Origin: Alphaproteobacteria bacterium
Lineage (GTDB): Bacteria; Pseudomonadota; Alphaproteobacteria; Bin95
Reading direction: 5' to 3'
NCBI GenBank assembly: GCA_965202745.1
Contig: CBDBCB010000012.1
Span: forward strand, 90,583-154,582
DNA: 64,000 bases
Below are positions 52,446-61,944 of the stretch, piece after piece. Within the stretch, counting starts at the first letter, position 1; the number at the start of each line of letters is the position of its first letter. A model generated the notes under the pieces. The model had not been told where the DNA came from. It saw nothing but the letters and a program-made list of their open reading frames with translations, and did not search any database. The translations under genes were made by a program, and so were the position numbers.

Positions 52446-52759
52446 CGCTGCGTATGTCATTGCGGGGTATTGCCAAGTTGTTTGAGGCTGCGAGCAAAAT
52501 GTTGTCTCGCAGTACTCAGGCTGCCCTTTCAGCGGTGTACTCACCCCAGAGGTTGAATGCATCGGAACGGGCATGTCGGTATGAGTTTGCGGTGAGTTGA
52601 TATCTGCCAAAAAATAATCTGTAGTGAGGGGTATAGGATCCCTAGGGCTATATCTTAGCATTCAGATATTCAGCAAGCAGTTAGTAGTGATTTTACTTGA
52701 AACATAGGGGAGGGGGCCGTGAGGTCAGGGAGTAATTGTTTGAAGGGTATTGTTGTTGA

Positions 52760-53329
52760 GGTATTGCCAAGTTGTTGGCGGCAGACAGTGCTTCATTGGC
52801 GGCGGCTGGGTCACGCCACCATTTCTGCGGTGTAGCCGGACCATAGGCTGAATGCATCGGAACGGGCGTGGCGGTATGAAGTTGCGTTGAGTTGATAACG
52901 GGGGGGGCGGAAAACCAGGTTGATCTGATCGTGCGCAGACAAAAACCTCTGAGCTTGCCGGTGAGATTTGAACCGGCCCAATATTTTTCTCTTTTGCGAG
53001 TTGAGCGGTGCGAGACTTCGATCACGTTGTTTAGGCCTTTGTGAGCCCGGTGGTCAGCTTTCGGGGCCAATGACTTGATCGGTTTGATGTAGCTAGGCAA
53101 CTTGTCCGTGATGACGACTCTCGGTTCGCCAAACCGTTCGGTCAATCTTTGGAAAAAGCGCCTTGCCGCTTTGGCATTTCGGCGCGATTGCACGAGGATA
53201 TCAAGAACGTCTCCATTGGCGTCGATCGCCCGCCACAGCCAGTGTTTCTTGCCGCGGATCATGATCACGACTTCGTCCATGTGCCACTTGTCGTTCGGTG
53301 GAGGTCGATCCCGCCGGATGCAATCCGCA
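52760..53329 (-). mobile_element. IS6 type A partial copy, truncated by another IS6-A
   Basis: Right IR at 52760; the 5' part is replaced by the copy starting at 53330. Confidence 0.92.
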
Positions 53330-54138
53330 GGTATTGCCAATTTGTTCGCCTGACTTGACCGGGTTATCAGTGGGTCATGAACATTCCGACCACCTTGCCG
53401 CGCCTGAAGGGGTTCCGCTTTTCTCGTGAGATCATTGCTTGGGCAGTCTGGGCGTACCACCGCTTCGCACTGAGCACTGCTGATGTTGAAGACTTGTTGG
53501 CTGCGCGGGGTGTGATTGTCAGTCGGGAAACGGTCCGGTTGTGGGTCAATCGTTTTGGTCGACATTTTGCGGATTGCATCCGGCGGGATCGACCTTCACC
53601 GAACGACAAGTGGCACATGGACGAAGTCGTGATCATGATCCGCGGCAAAGAAACACTGGCTGTGGCGGGCGATCGACGCCAATGGAGACGTTCTTGATAT
53701 CCTCGTGCAATCGCGCCGAAATGCCAAAGCGGCAAGGCGCTTTTTCCAAAGATTGACCGAACGGTTTGGCGAACCGAGAGTCGTCATCACGGACAAGTTG
53801 CCTAGCTACATCAAACCGATCAAGTCATTGGCCCCGAAAGCTGACCACCGGGCTCACAAAGGCCTAAACAACGTGATCGAAGTCTCGCACCGCTCAACTC
53901 GCAAAAGAGAAAAATATTGGGCCGGTTCAAATCTCACCGGCAAGCTCAGAGGTTTTTGTCTGCGCACGATCAGATCAACCTGGTTTTCCGCCCCCCCCGT
54001 TATCAACTCAACGCAACTTCATACCGCCACGCCCGTTCCGATGCATTCAGCCTATGGTCCGGCTACACCGCAGAAATGGTGGCGTGACCCAGCCGCCGCC
54101 AATGAAGCACTGTCTGCCGCCAACAACTTGGCAATACC
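53330..54138 (+). mobile_element. IS6 type A copy (809 bp, extra A frameshift)
   Basis: Both IRs present; CGGCAAAGAAAC insertion at about 53648. Confidence 0.95.
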
Positions 54139-54359
54139 TGCCCTCCATATGCGCCTATCGACGGCTTTGGCGAGATGGCTGTACAAGCGTCTGGTGCATC
54201 GTTATCGCAATGCCAGCCTCTTCGATGCCTATTCCTTCCTCTTTTCATCTGTGCAGCGCGACAGTGGGTTTTTGAACAACAAGCGTATGAGCGCCAATGT
54301 CAGCGCACTGGACGCAGCTCTGGACGAACTCAGGGCCGAAGGCGTGCTGATTAACATTC
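54139..54359 (+). pseudogene. Duplicated internal fragment of the rep gene (second copy inverted at 60342-60551)
   Basis: ALHMRLSTALARWL...AEGVLINI matches about 56612-56832 with a few SNPs. Confidence 0.9.
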
Positions 54360-54469
54360 TAGGAGGATGGCCATGGCAGTTTCAATGCACGCCCCCATAA
54401 AGGGGGCGACGCGTGGCGAACAGCTGGACATGCGAAGAGTTCCTGTTTCAATCCACGCCCCCATAAGGG
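54360..54469 (-). CRISPR. Orphan type I-C-like CRISPR remnant: partial spacer, repeat, 34-nt spacer, truncated repeat
   Basis: Repeat GTTTCAATGCACGCCCCCATAAAGGGGGCGAC (54379-54410), spacer 54411-54444, then GTTTCAATCCACGCCCCCATAA (54445-54466). The reverse strand reads GTCGCCCCC...ATTGAAAC with a hairpin. No cas genes in the window. Confidence 0.78.
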
Positions 54470-54686
54470 CCGTTTCAAGTCAGCCCGTCAGGCGCAGAGA
54501 TTTCTGGCCGCCCATGATGAAACCGCAAACCTGTTCCGCCCACGTCGCCACAAAATGACTGCCGCCGCCTATCGCCAGAAACGAGCCGCCGCATTTCACC
54601 AATGGAACGAATGCGCCAGCGAACTGGCCGCTTGAAGAGCCTCAAGTCGGCAGTTTCTTAGGCGTTGAAGACAACGTGACAATGCC
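54466..54686 (+). mobile_element. IS6 type B 3' fragment
   Basis: AGGGCCGTTTCAAGTC...GTGACAATGCC. Confidence 0.9.
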
Positions 54687-54857
54687 TTTCAACATCTTAT
54701 TTCCCGCATCATTTAACTGAGCTTGGTTCAGTTTGATACGGGCGCGGATAGGCCCTGGATGCAGCAGCGACGGATTTAAGCGGCGCAGGGTTTTCTGGGG
54801 GTAAAACGCCGCCTTCTGCGATTGCGCGTTGTTCTAAGCCTCGAATCATGTCGGAAT

Positions 54858-54928
54858 CATCACATGTGGACATATTCATAAAACTCACGCATCCACATGT
54901 AAGTTAATCCACACGTGGGAAAGTCCGC
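54858..54928. promoter_or_regulatory. Putative parS/centromere repeats
   Basis: Clustered CACATGTGG / TCCACATGT / TCCACACGTGG motifs upstream of parA; similar motifs at about 55555-55595. Confidence 0.55.
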
Positions 54929-55618
54929 ATGTTCACAGTCGCAATTGTAAATCAGAAGGGTGGTTCCGGCAAAAGCACTCTGACCGAGTGTTTGGCTGTC
55001 GCCGCAACGCTCGATAATAAAGCCTCCGCTATCTTGGACCTTGATCCGCAAGGAACGGCCTATTCATGGTCAAAGCGCCGAGAGGCGGAAAACCCGCCTG
55101 TGCTTTCAGTAACGGCGGCGAACTATCGAGATCAGTGGAATGCGCTCCGCGAGGCTGGGGCGGATTTCGTCGTGATTGATACACCCGCCCGCCTTCAAGA
55201 TACCGTCCTGAATGCCGCCGACATCGCGGACCTGGTGATTGTTCCGGCCAAGGCGACGATCAAAGACATTGAACGGGTGGAGGACAGCATCAAGCTTGCC
55301 TGCTTGAACTCACCAAAGCCGGTCGTTGTGGTCTTCAATCAGGTGCGCCCACAAAAATCCCGGTCACAAGATGCCGAAGAGGCAATCCGCGCACAGAGGT
55401 TTCCTGTCTGCCCTGTGCGCATCGGATTTCGGGTCGCGTTCGAAGATTCTGACATGACGGGGCAAACGCCGCTTGAAACCGAGCCGGAAGGGAAGGCGGC
55501 GCACGAAATTCGCCAGCTTTACGCCTATGTCAAAAAGCGGATGAAGCAAATCAATGTTGATAAATCCACAGGTGGAAAAGCCCACATTTCCATACGTAAG
55601 CGAGCGGCCAATGTCTAA
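54929..55618 (+). CDS. parA: Plasmid partition ATPase, type Ib ParA
   Basis: NQKGGSGKST, LDLDPQG, VVIDTP and EPEGKAAHEIRQLY; no N-terminal HTH. Confidence 0.93.
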   Translation: MFTVAIVNQKGGSGKSTLTECLAVAATLDNKASAILDLDPQGTAYSWSKRREAENPPVLSVTAANYRDQWNALREAGADFVVIDTPARLQDTVLNAADIADLVIVPAKATIKDIERVEDSIKLACLNSPKPVVVVFNQVRPQKSRSQDAEEAIRAQRFPVCPVRIGFRVAFEDSDMTGQTPLETEPEGKAAHEIRQLYAYVKKRMKQINVDKSTGGKAHISIRKRAANV

Positions 55619-55922
55619 GAAACCCAACCTAGCAGCAGCGCTTGCGGCCTCTAAGGTTGAGAGTTCGCCGCCAACCGAAGTCGCTGCTAAGTCTCGGAAT
55701 AACGAGGCCCCAAAGTCCCGACCGGCGGGAAGGGTAGGGCAGACCAATATCTCTGGATGGTTCGATAGCCAGGTCAAATTCACGCTTGAGGAGTTGCGGT
55801 TAAAGCGACAGCGCGAGCTTGGTAGGCGCGTGACCATACAGGAGCTGATGGGGGAGGCTTACAACGATCTATTCAAGAAATATGGGTTCCCAGAGGTTGC
55901 GCCGAGCCGATCGCATGAGTGA
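55611..55922 (+). CDS. RHH partition partner (ParG-like)
   Basis: Overlaps the parA stop. Flexible N-terminus, then NISGWFD..LEEL..TIQELMGEAYNDLFKKYG. Confidence 0.75.
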   Translation: MSKKPNLAAALAASKVESSPPTEVAAKSRNNEAPKSRPAGRVGQTNISGWFDSQVKFTLEELRLKRQRELGRRVTIQELMGEAYNDLFKKYGFPEVAPSRSHE

Positions 55923-55925
55923 CGT

Positions 55926-56972
55926 ATGGGGAAAGAAATAACGAAAATGCTTCCACAGAACATTGAGCGGAACAAACAATATGATTTGTTCACATCATTC
56001 TTTGGAGACCCAAAAGATTTATCCAACACGATAGAGCTCTGGGATTCTATCCCAAAATATTCCGTGTCAGCACGTCAACAAGCGAGTATCCGCGATGATC
56101 GGGGCAGGCTCCCGGTGCATGCCTCCGAGTTTGAATACAATGCGGCGAGCCTCGATAGGCCCGTGCGATGCAAAATCAAAATTAAGCCCGCCTTGATCGA
56201 AGTGGAGGAGGGCATTTTCCAAGATTTCTATCCTTCGCAGAGCGAAGAGATCATCGAGGAAGTCTTAAAAAAGATATTTACCGACCAGCAATACGGCCAG
56301 CATTCCGCCAAGGATGTCGAAAGCTGGGTCTTATTCACCCTGCATATGATCCGCAAAGAGCTAAAAGCGCGCGGGCATACGCGCAGCCTCGATGAGATAA
56401 AGCACTCCCTGGAAATCATGGCTTCAAGCAGCATCGAGGTCCAAATGGAAGGCCGGGGCAGGGGGGCGATTTATACGAACCCCATCCTCTCCAATATGGT
56501 CCGGACAACCCGGGCCGATCTGGAAATAGACCCAAATGCGAAATGGACAGCGCAGCTCCCGGCCCTCGTTTCCAAAAGCGTCAACGAACTAAGCTACCGG
56601 CAATTCAATTATGCCCTCCATATGCGCCTATCGACGGCTTTGGCGAGATGGCTGCACAAGCGTCTGGTGCATCGTTATCGCAATGCCAGCCTCTTCGATG
56701 CCTATTCCTTCCTCTTTTCATCTGTGCAGCGCGACAGTGGGCTTTTGAACAACAAGCGTATGAGCGCCAATGTCAGTGCACTGGACGCAGCTCTGGACGA
56801 ACTCAGGGCCGAAGGCGTGCTGATTAACATTCAAAGCGAAAAACGCTTTAAGGGCCGTCGCCTGGCTGACGTACATTATTCCATCTATGCCACTTCCGAG
56901 TTTACCTCAGAGGTTAAAGCCGCCTCCGCCCGCCTAAATCAAAGCCAACGCCAACTCGCGGCAAAGCGGTAG
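55926..56972 (+). CDS. Plasmid replication initiator protein
   Basis: Intact 348 aa (QYDLF, SNTIELWDSIPKY, FTLHMIRKELKARGHTRS winged-helix-like). Immediately followed by iterons. Confidence 0.8.
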   Translation: MGKEITKMLPQNIERNKQYDLFTSFFGDPKDLSNTIELWDSIPKYSVSARQQASIRDDRGRLPVHASEFEYNAASLDRPVRCKIKIKPALIEVEEGIFQDFYPSQSEEIIEEVLKKIFTDQQYGQHSAKDVESWVLFTLHMIRKELKARGHTRSLDEIKHSLEIMASSSIEVQMEGRGRGAIYTNPILSNMVRTTRADLEIDPNAKWTAQLPALVSKSVNELSYRQFNYALHMRLSTALARWLHKRLVHRYRNASLFDAYSFLFSSVQRDSGLLNNKRMSANVSALDAALDELRAEGVLINIQSEKRFKGRRLADVHYSIYATSEFTSEVKAASARLNQSQRQLAAKR

Positions 56973-57310
56973 GTTTAGCGTGCAGCAACGGTAGGTTCTG
57001 CGTGCAGGTCCGGTAGGTTTAGCGTGCAAATCGAATGCATTCCCGATTCGTCCATCTTATCTGAAGCAAATAAGCGATATGAGGCGGTAGGTTTAGCGTG
57101 CAGGTCCAGGAAAATGCGGTAGGTTTAGCGTGCAGATTGTTGATTTCCTGCCGATTCTGGAAAATCTGGCGGTAGGTTTAGCGTGCAGATCAAGGCTAGA
57201 CGGTAGGTTTAGCGTGCAGATTAAATCTCCAACACACTGATTTTTCACACGATTTCGGCGATTTTTCATCGCTATCCTTACCTTGTTTATCCTTTAACCT
57301 TTTTCCTAAA
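56967..57310 (+). repeat. Replication origin: seven iterons plus AT/pyrimidine-rich unwinding region
   Basis: CGGTAGGTTTAGCGTGCA(G) at 56967, 56989 (variant), 57011, 57085, 57117, 57170 and 57201. Spacings 22/22/74/32/53/31 are close to helical multiples. Confidence 0.88.
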
Positions 57311-57714
57311 GCCACCTACGGTGGCAAAGCAGCGTCGGCTTCGCCGACAAGAGTTCTCTCATGCGCCCCTTCGCCTTCGGCGAACCCGCGCCCCCAAACC
57401 CTCTACCGCTTCAAACTCACCAAAGAACAGACAAGGGCCTTCAACCTTGTTCTGCCGCCTGCCTTCGCTTTGATGATGCCGTTAGAAGAACAGGCAATCA
57501 TCCCCTCAAACGCTAGCTCTTTTCCCCAACAGGGAAACCAGGTTCCGAGCTCTATTCCTAAATCGAGCTTGGGCTGTTCCCTCTACACCGATGATCCGGG
57601 GGCAGGCACAGGGGGTTAGTTTACTCTCCAATGAGAGCTACATTTCTATGGATGAATTACAAGAACGGGACAAGAAAATGCTGCAGGTTGATGCGAATTG
57701 ATGCACACTGGCGC

Positions 57715-57948
57715 ATGACAGCCCGTTCAAAGAAATCCACCCGCATCACCGTGAACCTAGCGGACCAGGAACATGCTGAGCTGACAGTGCTCGCTAAGCG
57801 TTATGACGTTTCACTGTCCTGGCTAACACGTCAGGCGATCGTCGAGTTCTTAAAAATGCAAGGCAGGGGAGGAGAGGGGGCCAACTTCCCTTCGAGCGGC
57901 CCCTCCAGGCGAAAGGAGAGCAGAGATGACCCAGCTCGCCTTTGCTGA
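57715..57948 (+). CDS. CopG/RHH regulator upstream of an R-M methyltransferase
   Basis: STRITVNLADQEHAELTVLAKRYDVSLSWLTRQAIVEFL. Confidence 0.75.
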   Translation: MTARSKKSTRITVNLADQEHAELTVLAKRYDVSLSWLTRQAIVEFLKMQGRGGEGANFPSSGPSRRKESRDDPARLC

Positions 57949-58138
57949 AGCGTCCGAATTCTACCGTGTTGATGCAGCGCTTAAGCTTGATCCAAAGAGG
58001 CGATCGACACTCGGACAGTTTATGACGCCCGCCCCGATCGGACGTTTCATGGCCAGCTTATTTTCGGACTTCTCCGGCGATTTGCATGTGCTCGATCCTG
58101 GTGCAGGAGTCGGATCACTGACGGCAGCGCTGGTCGAG
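57926..58138 (+). pseudogene. Eco57I/BsuBI-PstI-like N6-MTase N-terminal fragment
   Basis: LGQFMTPAPIGRFMASLF..VLDPGAGVGSLTAA, then an abrupt join to relaxase DNA. Confidence 0.8.
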
Positions 58139-58305
58139 TTCATGGGGCAGGCTCAACTGGATTTCGCGGGCAAGCTGCGCGGCCTTACGACGCTCAGCAG
58201 CTTCCACCGCGTTCCAGAGTTGAGCGCGCTCGTGCATCCAGTCGGGTGTGCCTTCGGGGGCTAACACCTCGACATGGATCACGCCTGCCTTGCGGCTGTA
58301 GTCAG
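58130..58305 (-). pseudogene. MOBQ (MobA/MobL) relaxase fragment
   Basis: DYSRKAGVIHVEVLAPEGTPDW..RAQLWNAVEAAERRK.AQLAREIQLSLPHEL. Confidence 0.85.
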
Positions 58306-58481
58306 ATATTGTCAACGGCGGCGTAAAACCGCGACAGGTCCAGTTTCGATTTCGCGATTTCGCGATTTCGCTGGCGCTGCATCCCGAAAATCCAGCCAGA
58401 CCGGATACCGGCCCTCACGGGCCTTCCAAACCATGCCGCCCTGTGGCAGACCGGGGACACAGGGCCGGGAAGGCAAGACAT

Positions 58482-58844
58482 ATGAACTGGATCAGGTGGG
58501 CTGTGATCGCCGTCGTCGTATCGCTTGGGCAGGCAGGTCTCGCCCAAACGGGCTGCGATAACTGGAATACATTGGACTTCTTCGAGGACGCCGATGGCGA
58601 TCTGGTCCGAACATGCGTCGCCGCAGGGGCCGATCCAAACGCGCGGCACGTGACCGGCGGCACCCCGCTGCACTACGCGGCCCATCAGGGCCAGACAGGG
58701 GCCATCGCAGCGCTCATCGCCAAAGGAGCCGATCACAACGCGCGGCACGTGACCGGCCAGATCCCCTTCGATCTGATCCCCGAGGACTCCCCGCTTGTCG
58801 GAACATCGGCCTACTGGCGTCTGAGGGACGCCCGGTTCGACTGA
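58482..58844 (+). CDS. Secreted ankyrin-repeat protein, short allele (1 TPLH repeat)
   Basis: Identical to 42671-43429 except for an in-frame difference of 396 nt (4 x 99). Confidence 0.9.
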   Translation: MNWIRWAVIAVVVSLGQAGLAQTGCDNWNTLDFFEDADGDLVRTCVAAGADPNARHVTGGTPLHYAAHQGQTGAIAALIAKGADHNARHVTGQIPFDLIPEDSPLVGTSAYWRLRDARFD

Positions 58845-59472
58845 CGCCACCGCCAGCGCTCTGCGGGCCGCTCAGAGCCTCTCAAGGGGGGATTTGCGGG
58901 GTAGGCCTCGTCTCTTTTGCCCTCAGCCGCGCTCTACGGGCCTCTCAGAGCCTCTCAAGGGGGGTTTACCCGGCAAACCCCACCCTCCCGGCGGTCCCGA
59001 GAGCGCACGAGGGCCGGACAAGCGCGGCGGACCCCTCCAATGACAAACTGGACGCAAGCGCCGGGATCGGGCCGGATCGTGCTCCGGGGAGCCCTTAACC
59101 TCGCCCCCGAAGCCGCCCCCTTTGAGGCTCGGCCTAGGCTTCGGGGGGCGACACTCCTCTTGCGGGATCAAAATCCAGCACCCGCCACCCGCGCTCCGCT
59201 CTGGTCTCCGGTGCCCCCTCCCAATCCGCTCTTCCCGTTTCTCTGCAAAATCCCGACCTTTCGACAAGCGATTTGGCGTGTGTTTTTCGAGGGGGGTTTT
59301 CCTTTCTTCTTGTTTTTCGCGCGTGGGCGGAATGTTTTCAATGGGTTACAAGACGCTAATACGAGATTTTTGCGGTTCTATCCACAGGTAAACTGGACGC
59401 AATCGCCAACTTGAACCGCGAAACGTTCCGGGTATAAGCGAGAGAAAATAACCCCCCGTAATAACCCAGAAC

Positions 59473-60292
59473 GGGATCGTCAAGTTGTTGACCACAATCC
59501 CAATTGCCCGTAACGCCTGACGATGATCAGCCAGATTTCCCAACCTCGCCTAAAAGGCTACCGCTTCCCGCGTTCCATCATTTCTTACGCGGGCTCGGCA
59601 TACCATCGCTTTGCACTCAGTCTGCGCGACGTTGAGGATTTGCTTGCTGAACGAGGCATCAAGGTGAGTTACGAGACAATCCGTTCATGGGTCAGAAAAT
59701 TCGGAACTCAGATTGCGAAGCATGTCAGGGCTGCGCGTCAACAGCCCTCGGATAAATGGCATCTGGATGAAGGGGTGATCATCATCCGCGGTGTGAAGCA
59801 TTGGCTGTGGCGCGCCGTTGCCGGCAACGGCGAAGGTCTCGACATCCTGGTGCAATCACGCCGAAATGCGCGGGCTGCAAAGCGGTTCATTGCCAGGTTG
59901 GTAGCCCGCTGGGGGACGCCCCGAGTCATAGTGGCGGACTGACGGACAAGCTGCGCCGCTACGGTGCCGCCCTGCGCAAACGCGCGTTGGAGGTGGATCA
60001 CCGAGCGCATAAAGGGATAAACAATCGTATCGAAGGATCGCACAGACCAACACGGAAACGAGAAAAAATACAGGGCCGTTTCAAGTCAGCCCGTCAGGCG
60101 CAGAGATTTCTGGCCGCCCATGATGAAACCGCAAACCTGTTCCGCCCACGTCGCCACAAAATGACTGCCTCCGCCTATCGCCAGAAACGAGCCGCCGCAT
60201 TTCACCAATGGAACGAATGCGCCAGCGAACTGGCCGCTTGAAGAGCCTCAAGTCGGCAGTTTCTTAGGCGCTGAAAACAACGTGACAATGCC
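59473..60292 (+). mobile_element. IS6 type B, copy 3
   Basis: Near-identical to 43670-44489, including the upstream flank. Confidence 0.93.
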
Positions 60293-60341
60293 CGCCCCCT
60301 TTATGGGGGCGGGCATTGAAACTGCCATGGCCATCCTCCTA
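60293..60341 (+). CRISPR. Second copy of the CRISPR repeat (30 of 32 nt) and partial spacer
   Basis: CGCCCCCTTTATGGGGGCGGGCATTGAAAC followed by TGCCATGGCCATCCTCCTA; an inverted copy of 54360-54408. Confidence 0.7.
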
Positions 60342-60550
60342 GAATGTTAATCAGCACGCCTTCGGCCCTGAGTTCGTCCAGAGCTGCGTCCAGTGCGCTG
60401 ACATTGGCGCTCATACGCTTGTTGTTCAAAAACCCACTGTCGCGCTGCACAGATGAAAAGAGGAAGGAATAGGCATCGAAGAGGCTGGCATTGCGATAAC
60501 GATGCACCAGACGCTTGTACAGCCATCTCGCCAAAGCCGTCGATAGGCGC

Positions 60551-61136
60551 AAACGGGCGTCGTGGGAGCGGCAAAAGAAAGGGATCATGGTGTCGTCGTC
60601 AGGCCTGCGGTCGATCTGGCTGCGCAATGATCTGGAAACCATGAAGAAGCGGCTCAAGGCCTTGGAAGCCCGCGCCGCGCTGGACGGCATCCTGCTGACC
60701 GAGGACCAGATGGCCGCCCTGGAAAAAGCCAAGGCCAGGAAAGAGGCGCACGGCGAAATCGCGCGCCACCACCCTGGCTATCTGGGCAGTCAGGACACCT
60801 ATTATGGAGGCACAATGAAGGGGGTGGGGCGGATAGATCAACAGACGTTTGTCGACACATATGCCCGCGTGGCGGTTTGCAAACTCTATACCGAAAAGAC
60901 CGCCATCACCGCCGCTGATCTACTCAACGACCGCGTGATCCCTTATCTTTGCCGCACACAAGATCAGCCTGCTGCGCGTGCTGACGGACCGAGGCACGGA
61001 ATATTGCGGCAAGGTCGAGAACCACGCCTACCAGCTCTATTGGGCGATCGAGGACATAGACCACACCCGCACCAAGGCCAATTCCCCGCAAACGAATGGC
61101 ATCTGTGAGCGGTTCCACCGAACCATCAAGGATGAG
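60551..61136 (+). mobile_element. IS481 internal fragment
   Basis: KRASWERQKKG...ICERFHRTIKDE, cut by IS6-A. Confidence 0.9.
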
Positions 61137-61944
61137 GGTATTGCCAAGTTGTTGGCGGCAGACAGTGCTTCATTGGCGGCGGCTGGGTCACGCCACCATT
61201 TCTGCGGTGTAGCCGGACCATAGGCTGAATGCATCGGAACGGGCGTGGCGGTATGAAGTTGCGTTGAGTTGATAACGGCGGGGGCGGAAAACCAGGTTGA
61301 TCTGATCGTGCGCAGACAAAAACCTCTGAGCTTGCCGGTGAGATTTGAACCGGCCCAATATTTTTCTCTTTTGCGAGTTGAGCGGTGCGAGACTTCGATC
61401 ACGTTGTTTAGGCCTTTGTGAGCCCGGTGGTCAGCTTTCGGGGCCAATGACTTGATCGGTTTGATGTAGCTAGGCAACTTGTCCGTGATGACGACTCTCG
61501 GTTCGCCAAACCGTTCGGTCAATCTTTGGAAAAAGCGCCTTGCCGCTTTGGCATTTCGGCGCGATTGCACGAGGATATCAAGAACGTCTCCATTGGCGTC
61601 GATCGCCCGCCACAGCCAGTGTTTCTTGCCGCGGATCATGATCACGACTTCGTCCATGTGCCACTTGTCGTTCGGTGAAGGTCGATCCCGCCGGATGCAA
61701 TCCGCAAAATGTCGACCAAAACGATTGACCCACAACCGGACCGTTTCCCGACTGACAATCACACCCCGCGCAGCCAACAAGTCTTCAACATCAGCAGTGC
61801 TCAGTGCGAAGCGGTGGTACGCCCAGACTGCCCAAGCAATGATCTCACGAGAAAAGCGGAACCCCTTCAGGCGCGGCAAGGTGGTCGGAATGTTCATGAC
61901 CCACTGATAACCCGGTCAAGTCAGGCGAACAAATTGGCAATACC
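61137..61944 (-). mobile_element. IS6 type A copy; right border of the island
   Basis: 808 bp with both IRs, reverse orientation. Confidence 0.95.

Larger units (their letters stand above)
51757..53329 (-). repeat. Inverted duplication of 38328-39963
   Basis: Reverse-complement match; the 63-nt length difference lies in the coiled-coil repeats. Confidence 0.92.

Noticed and set aside
56967-57219. Seven 18-19-bp repeats as a CRISPR array
   Set aside because: The repeats are too short, spacing is irregular (3-56 nt gaps), and they lie directly after rep; they are iterons.
42671-58844. Diversity-generating retroelement or shufflon behind the ankyrin/coiled-coil variants
   Set aside because: No reverse transcriptase or site-specific recombinase in the window. 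Alleles differ by whole repeats, not by adenine-specific substitutions.
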